This document shows, in pieces, positions 49,204 to 61,177 of a stretch of 64,000 bases of DNA. The notes under the pieces were generated by a model. The model made no database searches. It was not told the DNA's origin and saw nothing but the letters and a program-made list of their open reading frames with translations. The translations under genes and the position numbers were made by a program. Source of the DNA: Malacoraja senta (lineage: Eukaryota); the NCBI GenBank assembly GCA_038087875.1, contig CM075980.1, positions 9,424,001 to 9,488,000 on the forward strand, in the 5' to 3' direction. Position 1 is the first letter of the stretch, and each line of letters begins with the position of its first letter.

Positions 49204-49962
49204 TAACATAGAAACATAGAAACATAGAAAATAGGTGCAGGAGTAGGCCATTCGGCCCTTCGAGCCTGCACCGCCATTCAATATGATCATGGCTGATCAT
49301 CCAACTCAGTATCCTGTACCTGCTTTCTCTCCATACCCCCTGATCCCTTTAGCCACAAGGACCATATCTAACTCCCTCTTAAATATAGCCAATGAACTGG
49401 CCTCAACTACATTCTGTGGCAGAGAATTCCAGAGATTCACCACTCTGTGTGTAAAAAATGTTTTTCTCATCTCAGTCCTAAAAGATTTCCCCTTTATCCT
49501 TAAACTGTGACCCTTTGTTCTGGATTCCCCCAACATCGGGAACAATCTTCCTGCATCTAGCCTGTCCAACCCCTTAAGAATTTTGTAAGTTTCTATAAGA
49601 TCCCCCCTCAGTCTTCTAAATTCCAGCGAGTACAAGCCGAGTCTATCCAGTCTTTCCTCATATGAAAGTCCTGACATCCCAGGAATCAGTCTGGTGAACC
49701 TTCTCTGTACTCCCTCTATGGCAAAAATGTCCTTCCTCAGATTAGGAGACCAAAACTGCACGCAATACTCCAGGTGTGGTCTCACCAAGACCCCGTAAAA
49801 CTACAGTAGAACCTCCCTGCTCCTATACTCAAATCCTTTTGCTATGAATGCTAACATACCATTCGCTTTCTTCACTGCCTGCTGCACCTGCATGCCCACT
49901 TTCAATGACTGGTGTACCATGACACCCAGGTCTCGTTGCATCTCCCCTCCTAACAAGATCAG
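49204..49962 (-). mobile_element. Young CR1 3' portion (same subfamily as 25328-28881), runs into gap
   Basis: ORF 49306-49788 is nearly identical to the C-terminus of 27096-28781; near-identical 3' UTR; tail appears as (CATAGAAA)n on +. Confidence 0.93.
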
Positions 49963-50227
49963 NNNNNNNNNNNNNNNNNNNNNNNNNNNNNNNNNNNNNN
50001 NNNNNNNNNNNNNNNNNNNNNNNNNNNNNNNNNNNNNNNNNNNNNNNNNNNNNNNNNNNNNNNNNNNNNNNNNNNNNNNNNNNNNNNNNNNNNNNNNNNN
50101 NNNNNNNNNNNNNNNNNNNNNNNNNNNNNNNNNNNNNNNNNNNNNNNNNNNNNNNNNNNNNNNNNNNNNNNNNNNNNNNNNNNNNNNNNNNNNNNNNNNN
50201 NNNNNNNNNNNNNNNNNNNNNNNNNNN
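49963..50227. other. Assembly gap (265 N)
   Basis: Run of N. Confidence 0.99.
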
Positions 50228-52161
50228 AATGGGCTTCTTCTCTTGCTCATGTAAATGACCCATAAATAATATCAAAGTCGCTGCTTAGAATGTGGAATAT
50301 TTTGAAATAACTGACATCTGAGAATGTTTCTTCTTTTGGTTCCCGATATATGGTACATTAGCCGCAGTCACTGCCTCTCTGGGGAGTGGGGAACTCCCGA
50401 AAGCCACCTGTTCATAGTTGAGCTTGAGATGATTTATTGACAAGCTACCAGTAAATAACTAAAATGAAAATAGTATGCAAACACTGTTGTTATATTTAGC
50501 AAAAAGATATCCGGTTTCAGTTTTTTCATTGGTGTCAAATATGCCACAGTCGTAATGGGCACTATTCAGCACGGGTAAGCATAATCGGAGCTATAAGAAG
50601 ACAAATAAATAAATGGACCCTACAGATTTTATTTTGTGACAAAGCTACAGTAGTCCTGACATTTTGCTTTTAATATAGCAGTAGCTTATATATGTTTTCA
50701 CTCCCAGTACAGAGCGAAACTACATTATTCCCACCGTATCATCCTCTTATGTTCAATCTCCATTGGGGAGAAATCATATCAGTAACAGTGAACGGTAAGC
50801 AATGTATGAAAAAAACAATATAAATAAAAGACTAAATGCCATTCCAATGAAACGTTAAAAAAATATTTGCTTTTATGAATGCTATTTGAGCTGCTGCTGA
50901 GTATCCCTTTCATTTTGCTGACTTTATTCCAGATTTCCTGCATCAGCACTGGATTGTGACAAAGATTTTCACAGACATCCTCAAAGTACACAAAAATGGT
51001 GCTTTTGTTTATAAATTGTAGCCCAGTGCAAATTCAATTACTGGATTTATGGTGAATGGAGTGGCTGTTGGAGGATGATGCCCCGAAGAGATTTAACTGT
51101 TTTGAAGCAGAAACAGTGCGGAAATCTTTCAACCCTATTTGAATTAGATATCCATATTGGAGCAATGTAATGCAAAAGATCATGGTTACATATGTCTATT
51201 GAGCTATAGCAGTTTATTTTTTACACCCTTTCGCTCTTTATATGTGAATTCTGCATTCATTTTGTGTTTTCGTACTGAATGTTAGACATCTCGAGATCAT
51301 GATTCTCCACAGTGTGCAAAGTTTAATAACTTGGGCTCGCAGCCCAACAATTAGTGTGCTAAAATTCCATTTAGTATTGATTAGAATTATGTGTCTGAAG
51401 TTCCCGGGAAAGCTGAACATAGACAAATGATTTGAAGCATCCAAGGGGGGCATTGAGACAGAGACATTAACAATCCTGTTCTTTTTGACACATGCAGGAA
51501 AGCATCAGACCGTGCAACACAAACCTACTAACTCAGCATCTTTAGGAGCACACATTGTGTATTACAGGAATGCTAATATTTTCGACATGTCGAGGTACAG
51601 TGCCAATTGCGGAGGTTAATTTCAAACCAATTGTATTTTCAAGAAGGGAAGCACAGCAATATTGGAATGATAGTAAAGCATGTTAATCCTTATCCTTCCA
51701 GAATTTTGGTTGATTAATGTGGAACTATGAAACATCATATCAATCAAATCATGATCAGCAGTATGGGTAGTTTTTGGAAGTCTTGCAATCATTTGAGAAT
51801 AAACTTGAGAATCTGTTCTATTGTTACAAAATCTCACAGAAAATATAGAAAAACTTTTTAGCCCCATGTAGCATATACCTATGTAATCGAACATGGTGGA
51901 TATCAGTTTTTGCCAAACCATATATTCATTAGATATCATCTACTATCCTTATAAGGCAATTTTTGTACAGTTGGGTTAATTATTCAATTTTTTATTGCTA
52001 TCTTCATCATATTTTCCATTTGATTTGATCCCCAGTATTGTGTTTAATCCAATGTTTTGCCTGTCGCTTTCCTTTCTTTATCTCCCCCATCCTTCATAAT
52101 GTATTTCCTTGTTTGCTTGCATTCATCAGATGCTTCGGTGGTTTTCAGCGATCATCTAGAC

Positions 52162-52533
52162 CAGGGGTGGGGAACCTGCGGCCTGAAGGCCGCATGCAGC
52201 CTTCTAAGCTATTAAGTGTGGCCTTTTGAATGAATCCAAATTTTGTAGAACAAATCTTTTTATTATTATTAATATGTTTTTGTTCATCTTTTATTATTTT
52301 TATTTTAATCTTAAAATGAACATATTTAAAATACTAAAGAGTAAAAGAAGTTTCAACGAAATAATCCTCCCCGACTGACGGCCACAATTAAAACATTAGA
52401 AAGTCATGAGGGCTATTTTAACCAAATAATGTACATTTTGAAATATATCTAATTGACGTTTCTTGGATGCAGCCTTATTAGATTACAGCTAACTTAATGC
52501 GGCCTTCCACCATGAAAAGTTTCCCCACCCCTG
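52162..52533. mobile_element. Non-autonomous hAT (Charlie-like) element
   Basis: 13-bp perfect TIR CAGGGGTGGGGAA / TTCCCCACCCCTG; 8-bp TSD ATCTAGAC / ATCTAGTC (7/8), matching the NTCTAGAN preference of Charlie-type hATs. Confidence 0.9.
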
Positions 52534-53145
52534 ATCTAGTCGTTCTGCTGAATTATGCTCAATGGTATTTACAAATGTCCACAATTTCATTGTTCCTGAC
52601 ATTGCAGTGCAATGTAAACTATTATTGACGTACTTTGACAGGAATTAGTTTCAGAGACTAATTGCTGTAAGTGTGGAAGGGTGTCTCTGATTTGAATCAG
52701 AAATAGTCTTGCTGTAATTGGAACATTCTGCATATATCCAGATTTCTTACGTGCACTTGGCTTCTTTCCATCTTTCCAATAGATTCATAATAAATACGTT
52801 GGTTAGATTAACTCCTTGTACTTTTCGCTGTCATTCAACAAATATACGTTATGTGCCTTGCAAGGCTAATGCTGTTTATCTTTCTTGAGCCCCAGTGTCC
52901 AAACCTGACAGCAGTTATCCATTTGCAGTATCAGAAACTGTGTACCTAGGAGAATTAGCTCTTCATTGTTACGTCATCCTCTTGTGGCAAAGCTCAAAAT
53001 TCTACTCAAGGTTTGAATCAGCTTTCATTCATGCATGAACTTCTATATAGCGTTTGCTGCCTTTCGTATAATCTGCAGGGCTATATATGTTCTTCACTAT
53101 TCTAATCTTTCGGTAATCAAGTTCTGAACAATAATGTTTCCACTA

Positions 53146-55112
53146 TCAGATTCAGATTCAGATTCAGATTCAGATTCAACTTTATTGTCATTGTGCAGTG
53201 TACAGTACAGAGACAACGAAATGCAGTTAGCATCTCCCTAGAAGAGCGACATTAATATGAGCAGTAAATAAATAAATCTAATAAATCCTGGTGGGAGGAG
53301 TGTCCGGGGGGGGGGGTGTGATTGGCAGTCACCGAGGTACAGTGTTGAGTAGTGTAACCGCCGCAGGGAAGAAGCTGTTCCTGGACCTGCTGGTCCGGCA
53401 ACGGAGAGACCTGTAGCGCCTCCCGGATGGTAGGAGGGTAAACAGTCTGTGGTTGGGGTGAGAGCAGTCCTTGGCGATGCTGAGCGCCCTTCGCAGACAA
53501 CGCTTGCTTTGGACAGACTCAATGGTGGGGAGTGAGGAACCGGTGATGCGTTGGGCAGTTTTCACCACCCTCTGCAGTGCTTTCCGGTCGGAGACAGAGC
53601 AGTTGCCATACCATACTGTGATGCAGTTGGTAAGGATGCTCTCGATGGTGCAGCGGTAGAAGTTCACCAGAATCCGAGGAGACAGATGGACCTTCTTTAG
53701 TCTCCTCAGGAAGAAGAGACGCTGGTGAGCCTTCTTGACCAGAGTTGAGGTATTGTTGGTCCAAGAGAGGTCATCGGAGATGTTGACCCCCAGGAACCTG
53801 AAGCTGGAAACACGTTCCACCTCCCTCCCGTTAATGTGGATGGGGGTGTGCATGCCGCCCCTAGACTTCCTGAAGTCTACAATGAGCTCCTTGGTCTTCT
53901 TGGAGTTAAGGGCCAGGTTGTTGTCAGCGCACCATGCTGCTAGGAGCTGGACCTCCTCCCTATAGGCCGACTCATCGTTGTTGCTGATGAGGCCAATCAC
54001 CGTTGTATCATCTGCGTACTTGATGATGGTGTTAGTACCATGTACAGGTGTGCAGTCGTAGGTGAAGAGGGAGTAGAGGAGGGGGCTCAGCACACAGCCC
54101 TGTGGAACGCCGGTGTTCAGGGTGAGGGTTGAAGAGGTGTGCTTGTCTAACCTAACAGACTGGGGTCTGTTGGTTAGAAAGTCCAGTATCCAGTTGCAGA
54201 GGGAGGGGTCGATGCCCAGGTCACCGAGTTTGGTGATCAGTTTAGAGGGTATGATGGTGTTGAATGCTGAGCTGTAATCGATGAACAGCATTCTTACGTA
54301 AGTGTCTCTGTTGTCGAGGTGGGAGAGGGCGGAGTGAAGTGCCGTTGAGATGGCATCCTCCGTACTCCTGTTCTTGCGGTAGGCAAACTGATAGGGATCC
54401 AACGTGGGGGGTAGGCAGCCTTTGAGGTGTGCCAGGACCAGCCTCTCAAAGCACTTGGCGATGATGGGAGTAAGTGCAACTGGGCGGAAGTCGTTGAGGC
54501 TTGCCGCAGTGGAGTGTTTTGGCACCGGCACGATGGAGGTGGATTTAAGGCACGTGGGCACAACTGCTTGGGCAAGTGACAGGTTGAAGATGTCAGTCCA
54601 GACGTCTGTCAGCTGCGCAGCACAGGCCCTGAGGACGCGCCCGGGGATGCCGTCGGGGCCAGCAGCCTTACGTGCATTAGTCCTACTCAGTGCCACGTAC
54701 ACGTCGAAGGGGGTGAGTGAGAGGGGCTGGTGATCGGCAGGGAGCACCGCCTTGATGGCCAACTGCCGATTGTCCCTATCGAAACGGCCATAGAAGTGGT
54801 TGAGCTCCTCAAGGAAGGAGGCGTTACTGGATGTGGGGGTGGTGTTGGTGGGTCTAAAGTCCGTGATGGCCTGGATGCCTTGCCACATGCGTCGGGGGTC
54901 GGAGTTGTTGTTGAAGTGCTCCTCAATCCTGAGTTTATGGCAGTGCTTGGCCTTCTTTATGCCCTTCTTCAGGTTAGCCCTGGATGAACTATAGGCTCGG
55001 GCATCGCCTGACCTGAAAGCGGTGTCCCGTGCTTTCAGCAGTAGCCTGACCTCGCTGTTCATCCATGGCTTCTGATTCGGGAATATGGTCACCTGTTTGA
55101 GGGAGGTGACAC
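53146..55112 (-). mobile_element. 5'-truncated Rex1/Babar-clade LINE
   Basis: Minus-strand AATAAA (53181-53186) and (ATCTGA)n tail at 53146-53178; contains an uninterrupted RT ORF. Confidence 0.9.
53329..55092 (-). CDS. Reverse transcriptase ORF of the Rex1/Babar element (N-terminally truncated, no internal stops)
   Basis: 587 codons: [64 protein letters not shown]. Confidence 0.9.
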   Translation of the reverse strand: MTIFPNQKPWMNSEVRLLLKARDTAFRSGDARAYSSSRANLKKGIKKAKHCHKLRIEEHFNNNSDPRRMWQGIQAITDFRPTNTTPTSSNASFLEELNHFYGRFDRDNRQLAIKAVLPADHQPLSLTPFDVYVALSRTNARKAAGPDGIPGRVLRACAAQLTDVWTDIFNLSLAQAVVPTCLKSTSIVPVPKHSTAASLNDFRPVALTPIIAKCFERLVLAHLKGCLPPTLDPYQFAYRKNRSTEDAISTALHSALSHLDNRDTYVRMLFIDYSSAFNTIIPSKLITKLGDLGIDPSLCNWILDFLTNRPQSVRLDKHTSSTLTLNTGVPQGCVLSPLLYSLFTYDCTPVHGTNTIIKYADDTTVIGLISNNDESAYREEVQLLAAWCADNNLALNSKKTKELIVDFRKSRGGMHTPIHINGREVERVSSFRFLGVNISDDLSWTNNTSTLVKKAHQRLFFLRRLKKVHLSPRILVNFYRCTIESILTNCITVWYGNCSVSDRKALQRVVKTAQRITGSSLPTIESVQSKRCLRRALSIAKDCSHPNHRLFTLLPSGRRYRSLRCRTSRSRNSFFPAAVTLLNTVPR

Positions 55113-56461
55113 AAATACTTGGGGGTTCAGAATGGCTAGAATTTTGAAATGCATTTCAGGGATTTATCACCAAGATATTTTGCATCGATGAGATGAGACG
55201 AATCAAGGAAGACAGAAAATATGCCCTGGAAAATATTAGCGTATCCTAATGTGATAATCTTTGGAGCGAGAAGCTTCATCAGATCCTGTATATGAACTTT
55301 ATTTTTCTCTCCATGGAAGTTGCTTGATAGCAGAGCTTCTGAATAGTCCTAATCTATATTGTATCATCTTATTCCCTTACTTGCTAGATACATGCCTATT
55401 CTCTACCTATCTGCATTCGCATGTAGCCTCCCTTTGTCATCTTCAGAGCTTTGGCTGATTAGACAGCAAGCTTAAAAACATAATGTAGGTGCCTTATCCG
55501 ATTTATCTATGTAAACTAATTGGCTGCACACCATTATAACACTGAAGAAAATGGACAATCGTCTACATGATAATACAATTGGGAGAATTAACTAACTGGA
55601 TGAGTTCACAAATTTGATTTAGTCAGGAAAAGAAGAAATTTGTGTCGCGGGTTGACATTTGACATTTGAAAGGGCTGTGGCACGAAATTTAATATTTACA
55701 ATCACAGTTCACTTGGTCACATTTAGTCGTATCTGGTCAATAACGCAATGAGCTAAAGGATCCTACAATAATACCCACTGTATGCCCACTAAGAATGGAA
55801 AAACGTACATGTTTCCTTTTCCAATTTAAAACAATCCTTTACCTAATTATCTCTGGATCCTTCATCCTCATCTGCAATAAAAGTGCAAGGACGCTTGCCA
55901 TTCTGATCGGACAATACTGATGGTCTCTGCTGCTTCTGTGCCTTCCTTTATCCCATTAGACCAAACTTCCTCTCCTTTTCATCTCTAGCCTTTGCTAAAT
56001 TTGGACCCCAGTTGCTAAAAATGTATACTCCATCTCCAGGTCCCTTACCGATGTTTCTGTCCTAGGCTTCCTGTATTTCCAGGGTGAACAGGGAAAATGG
56101 CGGAAATGCACCTCAAATTCCACTGGGGTTGCTTACAACCTAACGGAAGATAGACACAAAAAGCTAGAGTAACTCAGCAGGTCAGACATCATCTCTGAGG
56201 AAAAGGGGTGTCGGGCCAAGACCTTTCTTCAGACCTCATGAGAGTCAGGGGAAAGGGAAACTAGAAAGATAGACGATGATACAGAGAGACAGAACAAATT
56301 AACAAAAGATATGCAAAAAGTAACGATGGAAAGGAAACAGACCATTATTAGCTGTGGCGTAGAAAACGAGTTACAGACAATGAAACTCACCAAGAAGACA
56401 GTGAAACTAGTACAACAACTGGGGTGGGGGTTTGAATCGTCCAATTTTGAGGTATCCCTTA

Positions 56462-56710
56462 CTTTTTTCACACAGAGAGTTGTGAATTTGTGGAATTCCC
56501 TCCCACAGAGGGCAGTGGAGGCCAAGTCACTGGATGGATTTAAGAGAGAGTTAGGTAGAGCTCTAGGGGCTAGTGGAATCAAGGGATGTGGGGAGAAGGC
56601 AGGCACGGATTATTGATTGGGGACGATCGGCCATGATCACAATGAATGGCGGTGCTGGCTCGAAGGGCCGAATGGCCCCCTCCTATTTTCTATGTTTCTA
56701 TGTTTCTATA
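56462..56710 (+). mobile_element. CR1 3' end fragment (subfamily of the 2684-6278 element)
   Basis: FFTQRVVNLWNSLPQRAVEAKSLDGFKREL; 3' UTR and (TTTCTATG)n tail match 6030-6278. Confidence 0.88.
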
Positions 56711-58795
56711 ACGTTGCTCTCGTGTCTGGCGGTTTCGCGCAAATGTTCTGAAATATAGCTGATGTAATATGCCTTTGCGCCATTAGATGGAAATGTTATA
56801 CTATTTACACATTTTGTTGGATCGTGAGCGACCAGAGGGAAATTTGGATTAGTACTTGAAATCCTGTTGCATGATAAAGAAAAGTCATTGTGTGGCTCAG
56901 CCAAAAAACCTGTTTCTTTCAAATAATTCCCCAGGATTTTCCTGAATGCGGTTTGACACTGATATTTAATGCTTGTCATCTCCATCGATAGAGTGCACCT
57001 TCTGAAAAGAAGACGAGTGCGGTTCCTGATTGCAAAGAAAGTCTGCTGATGTAATACATCTGAAATAATAATGGCAAATATCGACTAAGGCAGGATCTAT
57101 GGAGAAAGCAACAGGGTTAATCGTTTACGCTGATGATCGTTCGCCAAAACTTAAAAAAAGAAAAAGAAAACATGCATAATTTGAATTGCAGGGAAGTGGG
57201 TTGAGGGGGGATATCAGTAATATATGTGGAACGGAGAGGGGACCAGGAGAAATGGAGGAGGCTGATATGTGTCGATGAAAATAAAGAAGACTTGCGAGTG
57301 GCGGCAGACCTGCTGGAGGAGGTTTAAGTAGTCATAGAAAGTTACAACGCAAGAAGCACCACCGAATCTGCGTTAATCCTCATCCACCTATTTAGGCTAA
57401 TGTACACGAATCCGTTCTCTTTTCGCTCCACATTCTCAATTGAATGAGTACATAGGAGGAGAATGAACTTCAAAATGTGTAAAATCATGATTATATAGAG
57501 TCGGGAATCTATCTAATTCCACCTTCCAACATATATGAAATAAGTTGAGAGGGAAACCAGCGCCTCATCCCTGACAGGAATGGATGCCCATCCCCCACCC
57601 CCCCACCTCCACCGTCCGTTAATATTAAGCAGTAACCTGACCTCTAGATACAGTATTTCTAAATTTAAAGATGTGCGGAGCAGTGTTTATACGCAGAGGG
57701 TGGTAAGTGCTTGGAACGCGCTGTGGTGGGTGGTGAATTCATGAAGTAGATACATTAGTGGCGTTTAAAATTACTTTTGGGTAGGCATATTGACATGCAG
57801 GGAATGGAAGGATATCGATTATATGCAGGCAGATAACGGTTGGCCATGGCATCTAGTTGGTGGGCTGAAGGGCCTCTTCCTGTGCCATATTGTTCTTAAT
57901 AATATGTTCTATCAAGACTCCTCAAAATTTTACGTTTCATTCAAATCCCCTCGCGATCTTCTAAATTCCAGCAGGTGCAAACCTAGCCCGTCCAGTCTTC
58001 CGCAACAATCCTGCCTGTTTCAGATTATCGTGTAAAAAATGTTCCCTAGACTGCACTCAAGGCAATAATAGCATTACTTTAAAAAGCAGACTGATGCTAA
58101 GTGGTATACTAAAGGTATGATTGCGACAATTGTCAACTTCTCAAAAGCACATCCTTCTATTTTCATTCAATCGCCCAGCAAAGAAAAATAGCATTGTGTT
58201 AACTTTTTTAATTGCTTGCTACCTGCATTGTATTCTTTGGTGTATCATGGACATCCCTAATCGTTTACACAACGTAATTATATATTTAATAGAGAGGAGA
58301 CACGATGGTGCAGTGTTGTTTGGTCATCCCGGTGTGTGCCTGGAGTGCAAAAGAGATTGAACAGCGCACATCGAAACAGGAAAGTGTTAACTTTATAGAG
58401 ATTGAAGAGAGTGCTTTTGGTGGAATCTTAAGGGGAACTCAAAGTGCTGGAGGAACTCAGTGGGCCAGGCAACTTCTGAGGAATGAAATTGACAGATAAC
58501 AGTTCGGATCAGGACCCCTGTTCAAGTGGATGTTATGGATTGCATCAGAATTGGAAGGAGAATAAATGGGAGATAAAAAATTGAGTCAAAGAAGGAAATT
58601 GATCAAAAGCCAGCTAAAGTAACACCCCTACATAATTGAGACTGTGAAAGAAAGATTTCCCGAAGAAACCAAACGCCATGGACCTGAAAAGTCACCTCTA
58701 CTTCTGTAGTCATAGGTGCCGTCTGACCTACTAACTGTTTCCAGCCTTAAAAAAAAGTCACTACATCTGAAGGTAGACAAAAATGCTGAAGAGGT

Positions 58796-58880
58796 CTGAA
58801 GAAGGGTCTCGACCCGAAACATCGCCTATTTCCTTCGCTCCATAGATGCTGCCTCACCAGTTGAGTTTCTCCAGCATTTT
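58796..58880 (+). mobile_element. Penelope-derived short repeat with hammerhead-like core
   Basis: CTGAAGAAGGGTCTCGACCCGAAAC-ATC, followed by the same terminus as 901-964 and 1624-1688. Confidence 0.65.
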
Positions 58881-60550
58881 GCTACCTTCGATTTTCCTGC
58901 ATCTGCCGTTCCTTATTAAACATCACTACATCAGAAAGTCTCCAATATTTTTAAATAATCGTATGATATTAAAAGAAACACACAATGAAATATTTTACTC
59001 AAATGGATCAGTTGGCGTTCCTGTGCCGCGTTTTCTCAGAGCGGATTCCTCTCTGAATGTAAATGCAGCCATATGTCCAGCGACGGAGCGCAAAGCTAAC
59101 ATGGTTGGTGGAACTTGGTGGTGTAGTTTGTACCTTCCGCATACAATCTAACGTCCGAAAACGTCACGGAACTGATCAGCAGCTATATCAACCATTTAGC
59201 CAGTACCAATTCAAGGACAAGATGGTTCCAAGCCATTAATGTTATGTCCGAAGTCCGGTGCGCTGAAGACTGAAAAAGTACCAATCCAAGTCACGCGTGC
59301 CCATCCAGTCCTCAGAATGACCTCACGGGCCAGACTGGTTACGAAATAGTTAGACAGGTTCGTGGACAGGACAGGTTTGGATGGATATGGACCAAACGCA
59401 GGCAAGTGGGACTAGTGTAGCTGGGGCATTGTTGGCCGGTGTGGGCAAGTTGGGCCGAAGTGTACACACTGTAGCCCTCTATGACTATGACTTATTTTTC
59501 CAAACTCTGTAATTTCTCGACAATTATCTCAGCCTACCCAATTGCGCAAATTTAACTCCAAAGTTTCCAAGTGTCCTTATTTTCTGATTTGTTGTTTTAC
59601 ACATTCAGAAATATGTTTCACGACATTATCGCCCATAATGACAAATCATTCAAGCTACCCCATGGGCCTTTTGTTTTGTCAACTGCGTTTCACGGATTTA
59701 TCGTGTTTTCATGTTATTGTGCAAAGCGTAATTGTCTTTCACATATCTTCATTGCAATGATACTCAGCGCCTTCTTTTCTCTTGACCATCAATCTGCCCT
59801 GAGCATTTCGAGTTGACAATTGAAGTATTAATGCTTTCAGTCTTATGGCGAAGACTACGGAAATGTCGGGAACGTCCTCTGAATTGTTAGCTCGTCACAC
59901 AGTATTATAACCTAAAAATATACATACACACATTGAGAACTGTTTTGAAGCCAAGCACAAAGTATATGGTGGTTTGCTGCAAAGATTATGCGGTGCTATC
60001 GAAAACCTAACCGATTCATAGCATTTTATCTGTATGGGTAACAACTGCAAAGAAAATCATGGTTTATAAAGTTTCCACAAATTAAGGCTAAAATTAATTT
60101 CAAAAATCTTCGTAAATCTTCAGCGTGTTTTTTTTACACTTTCCAGCTGGCAACCAAAAATACGAAGTTGAAAATTAAAATAAAATTGCGACATTGGCAA
60201 TCTGAAATAAAAAACAGGAAATGTTGGTTACACTCGGTAGCATCTATTTCTTTGCTGGTTTCTTTGGTTCTGGTGAAGCTTTATTGACTTAACAAAAGTT
60301 CACGTCCTTCTTCCCTTCACATGTATTCTCTGAGGTGTTGAGCATCCCTAATATTTTTTTATTTCTGCATAAAATATATCTGCCTGCCTACCCACTGGCT
60401 ACATAACAGTTCCTATATCTGGGCATGCAGTTTGCTACTCTTCTGTTCTCCTCTATGATTCTAGCTATGCCCTCCGGCCTCTACCCTACGCCCATGCAAG
60501 AAAACAGCCGGATAATTTGTCAATATCACTCTACAATGATCCAGTAATTC

Positions 60551-60601
60551 GATGTCACGTGGATAGAGATTTGCATGAATAATTAAAACTCGGTGACGTT
60601 G
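60551..60601 (+). promoter_or_regulatory. IgL cluster 3 V promoter with canonical octamer
   Basis: GATGTCACGTGGATA (CACGTG 60556-60561), perfect ATTTGCAT 60569-60576, GAATAATTAA, TGACGT 60594-60599. Confidence 0.82.
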
Positions 60602-60698
60602 TGATGTCGAGGAGTTCTTAAGGGGAGATTTCTAAAGAACCAGAAACGGACCCTTGTCGGAAAACATTTAGATTCAGACCCTCGCCACCTCCTTCACC

Positions 60699-60747
60699 AT
60701 GTCTGAATGGATTTGTGTTCTAGCCGCATTCGTGTTCTGTTTCCATA
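60699..60747 (+). CDS. IGL: Ig lambda light chain cluster 3 leader exon
   Basis: MSEWICVLAAFVFCFH+A, GTAAGT donor at 60748, 88-nt intron to the AG at 60834-60835. Confidence 0.92.
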
Positions 60748-60835
60748 GTAAGTAGAAAACAATCACCAGGCAGCTGCTCTTTGCATTTTGCTGATAGATT
60801 GTATGTTTACGAATATGTATTTGTTATTTCACCAG

Positions 60836-61177
60836 CTTCAATCGCAGAGATTTTGTTAACTCGGGGCTCTACGTCCATCTCTGCTTCCTCGGGGAAATCT
60901 GTCAAGATCACTTGTACCCTCTCAGGAGCCCAGATGAGCAGCTACTACACGAGCTGGTACTGGCAAAAGCCAGGCAGCGCCCCGGTCTTTGTGTGGTATG
61001 AGGGCACCAGAGCTTCTGGAATTCCAGATCGATTCACTGGTACCGTCGATGAGCCAAACAACAAGATGCACCTGACCATCACCAACGTGCGAGCTGAGGA
61101 TGTTGCCGATTATTACTGTCTAGTGGCAAAAGGTGGTGTACTTACATTCGGGAAAGGAACGAAACTGAATCTGAGCA
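60836..61177 (+). CDS. IGL: Germline-joined VJ exon, lambda/type II, cluster 3 (in frame, divergent subgroup); C exon outside window
   Basis: 342-nt exon: (T)SIAEILLTRGSTSISASSGKSVKITC..WYWQKPGSAPVFVWYEGTRASGIPDRF..DYYCLVAKGGVLTFGKGTKLNLS, GTAAGT donor at 61178; no RSS between V and J. Confidence 0.94.

Noticed and set aside
53146-53178. Short tandem arrays as possible CRISPR-like or satellite structures (also 28858-28881, 35046-35073, 49206-49230)
   Set aside because: They have no spacers and are the normal 3' microsatellite tails of Rex1 and CR1 LINEs.
55088-55110. Short inverted repeat GTCACC/GGTGAC at the Rex1 truncation point
   Set aside because: Only 6 bp and part of the element's own coding sequence; chance is sufficient.
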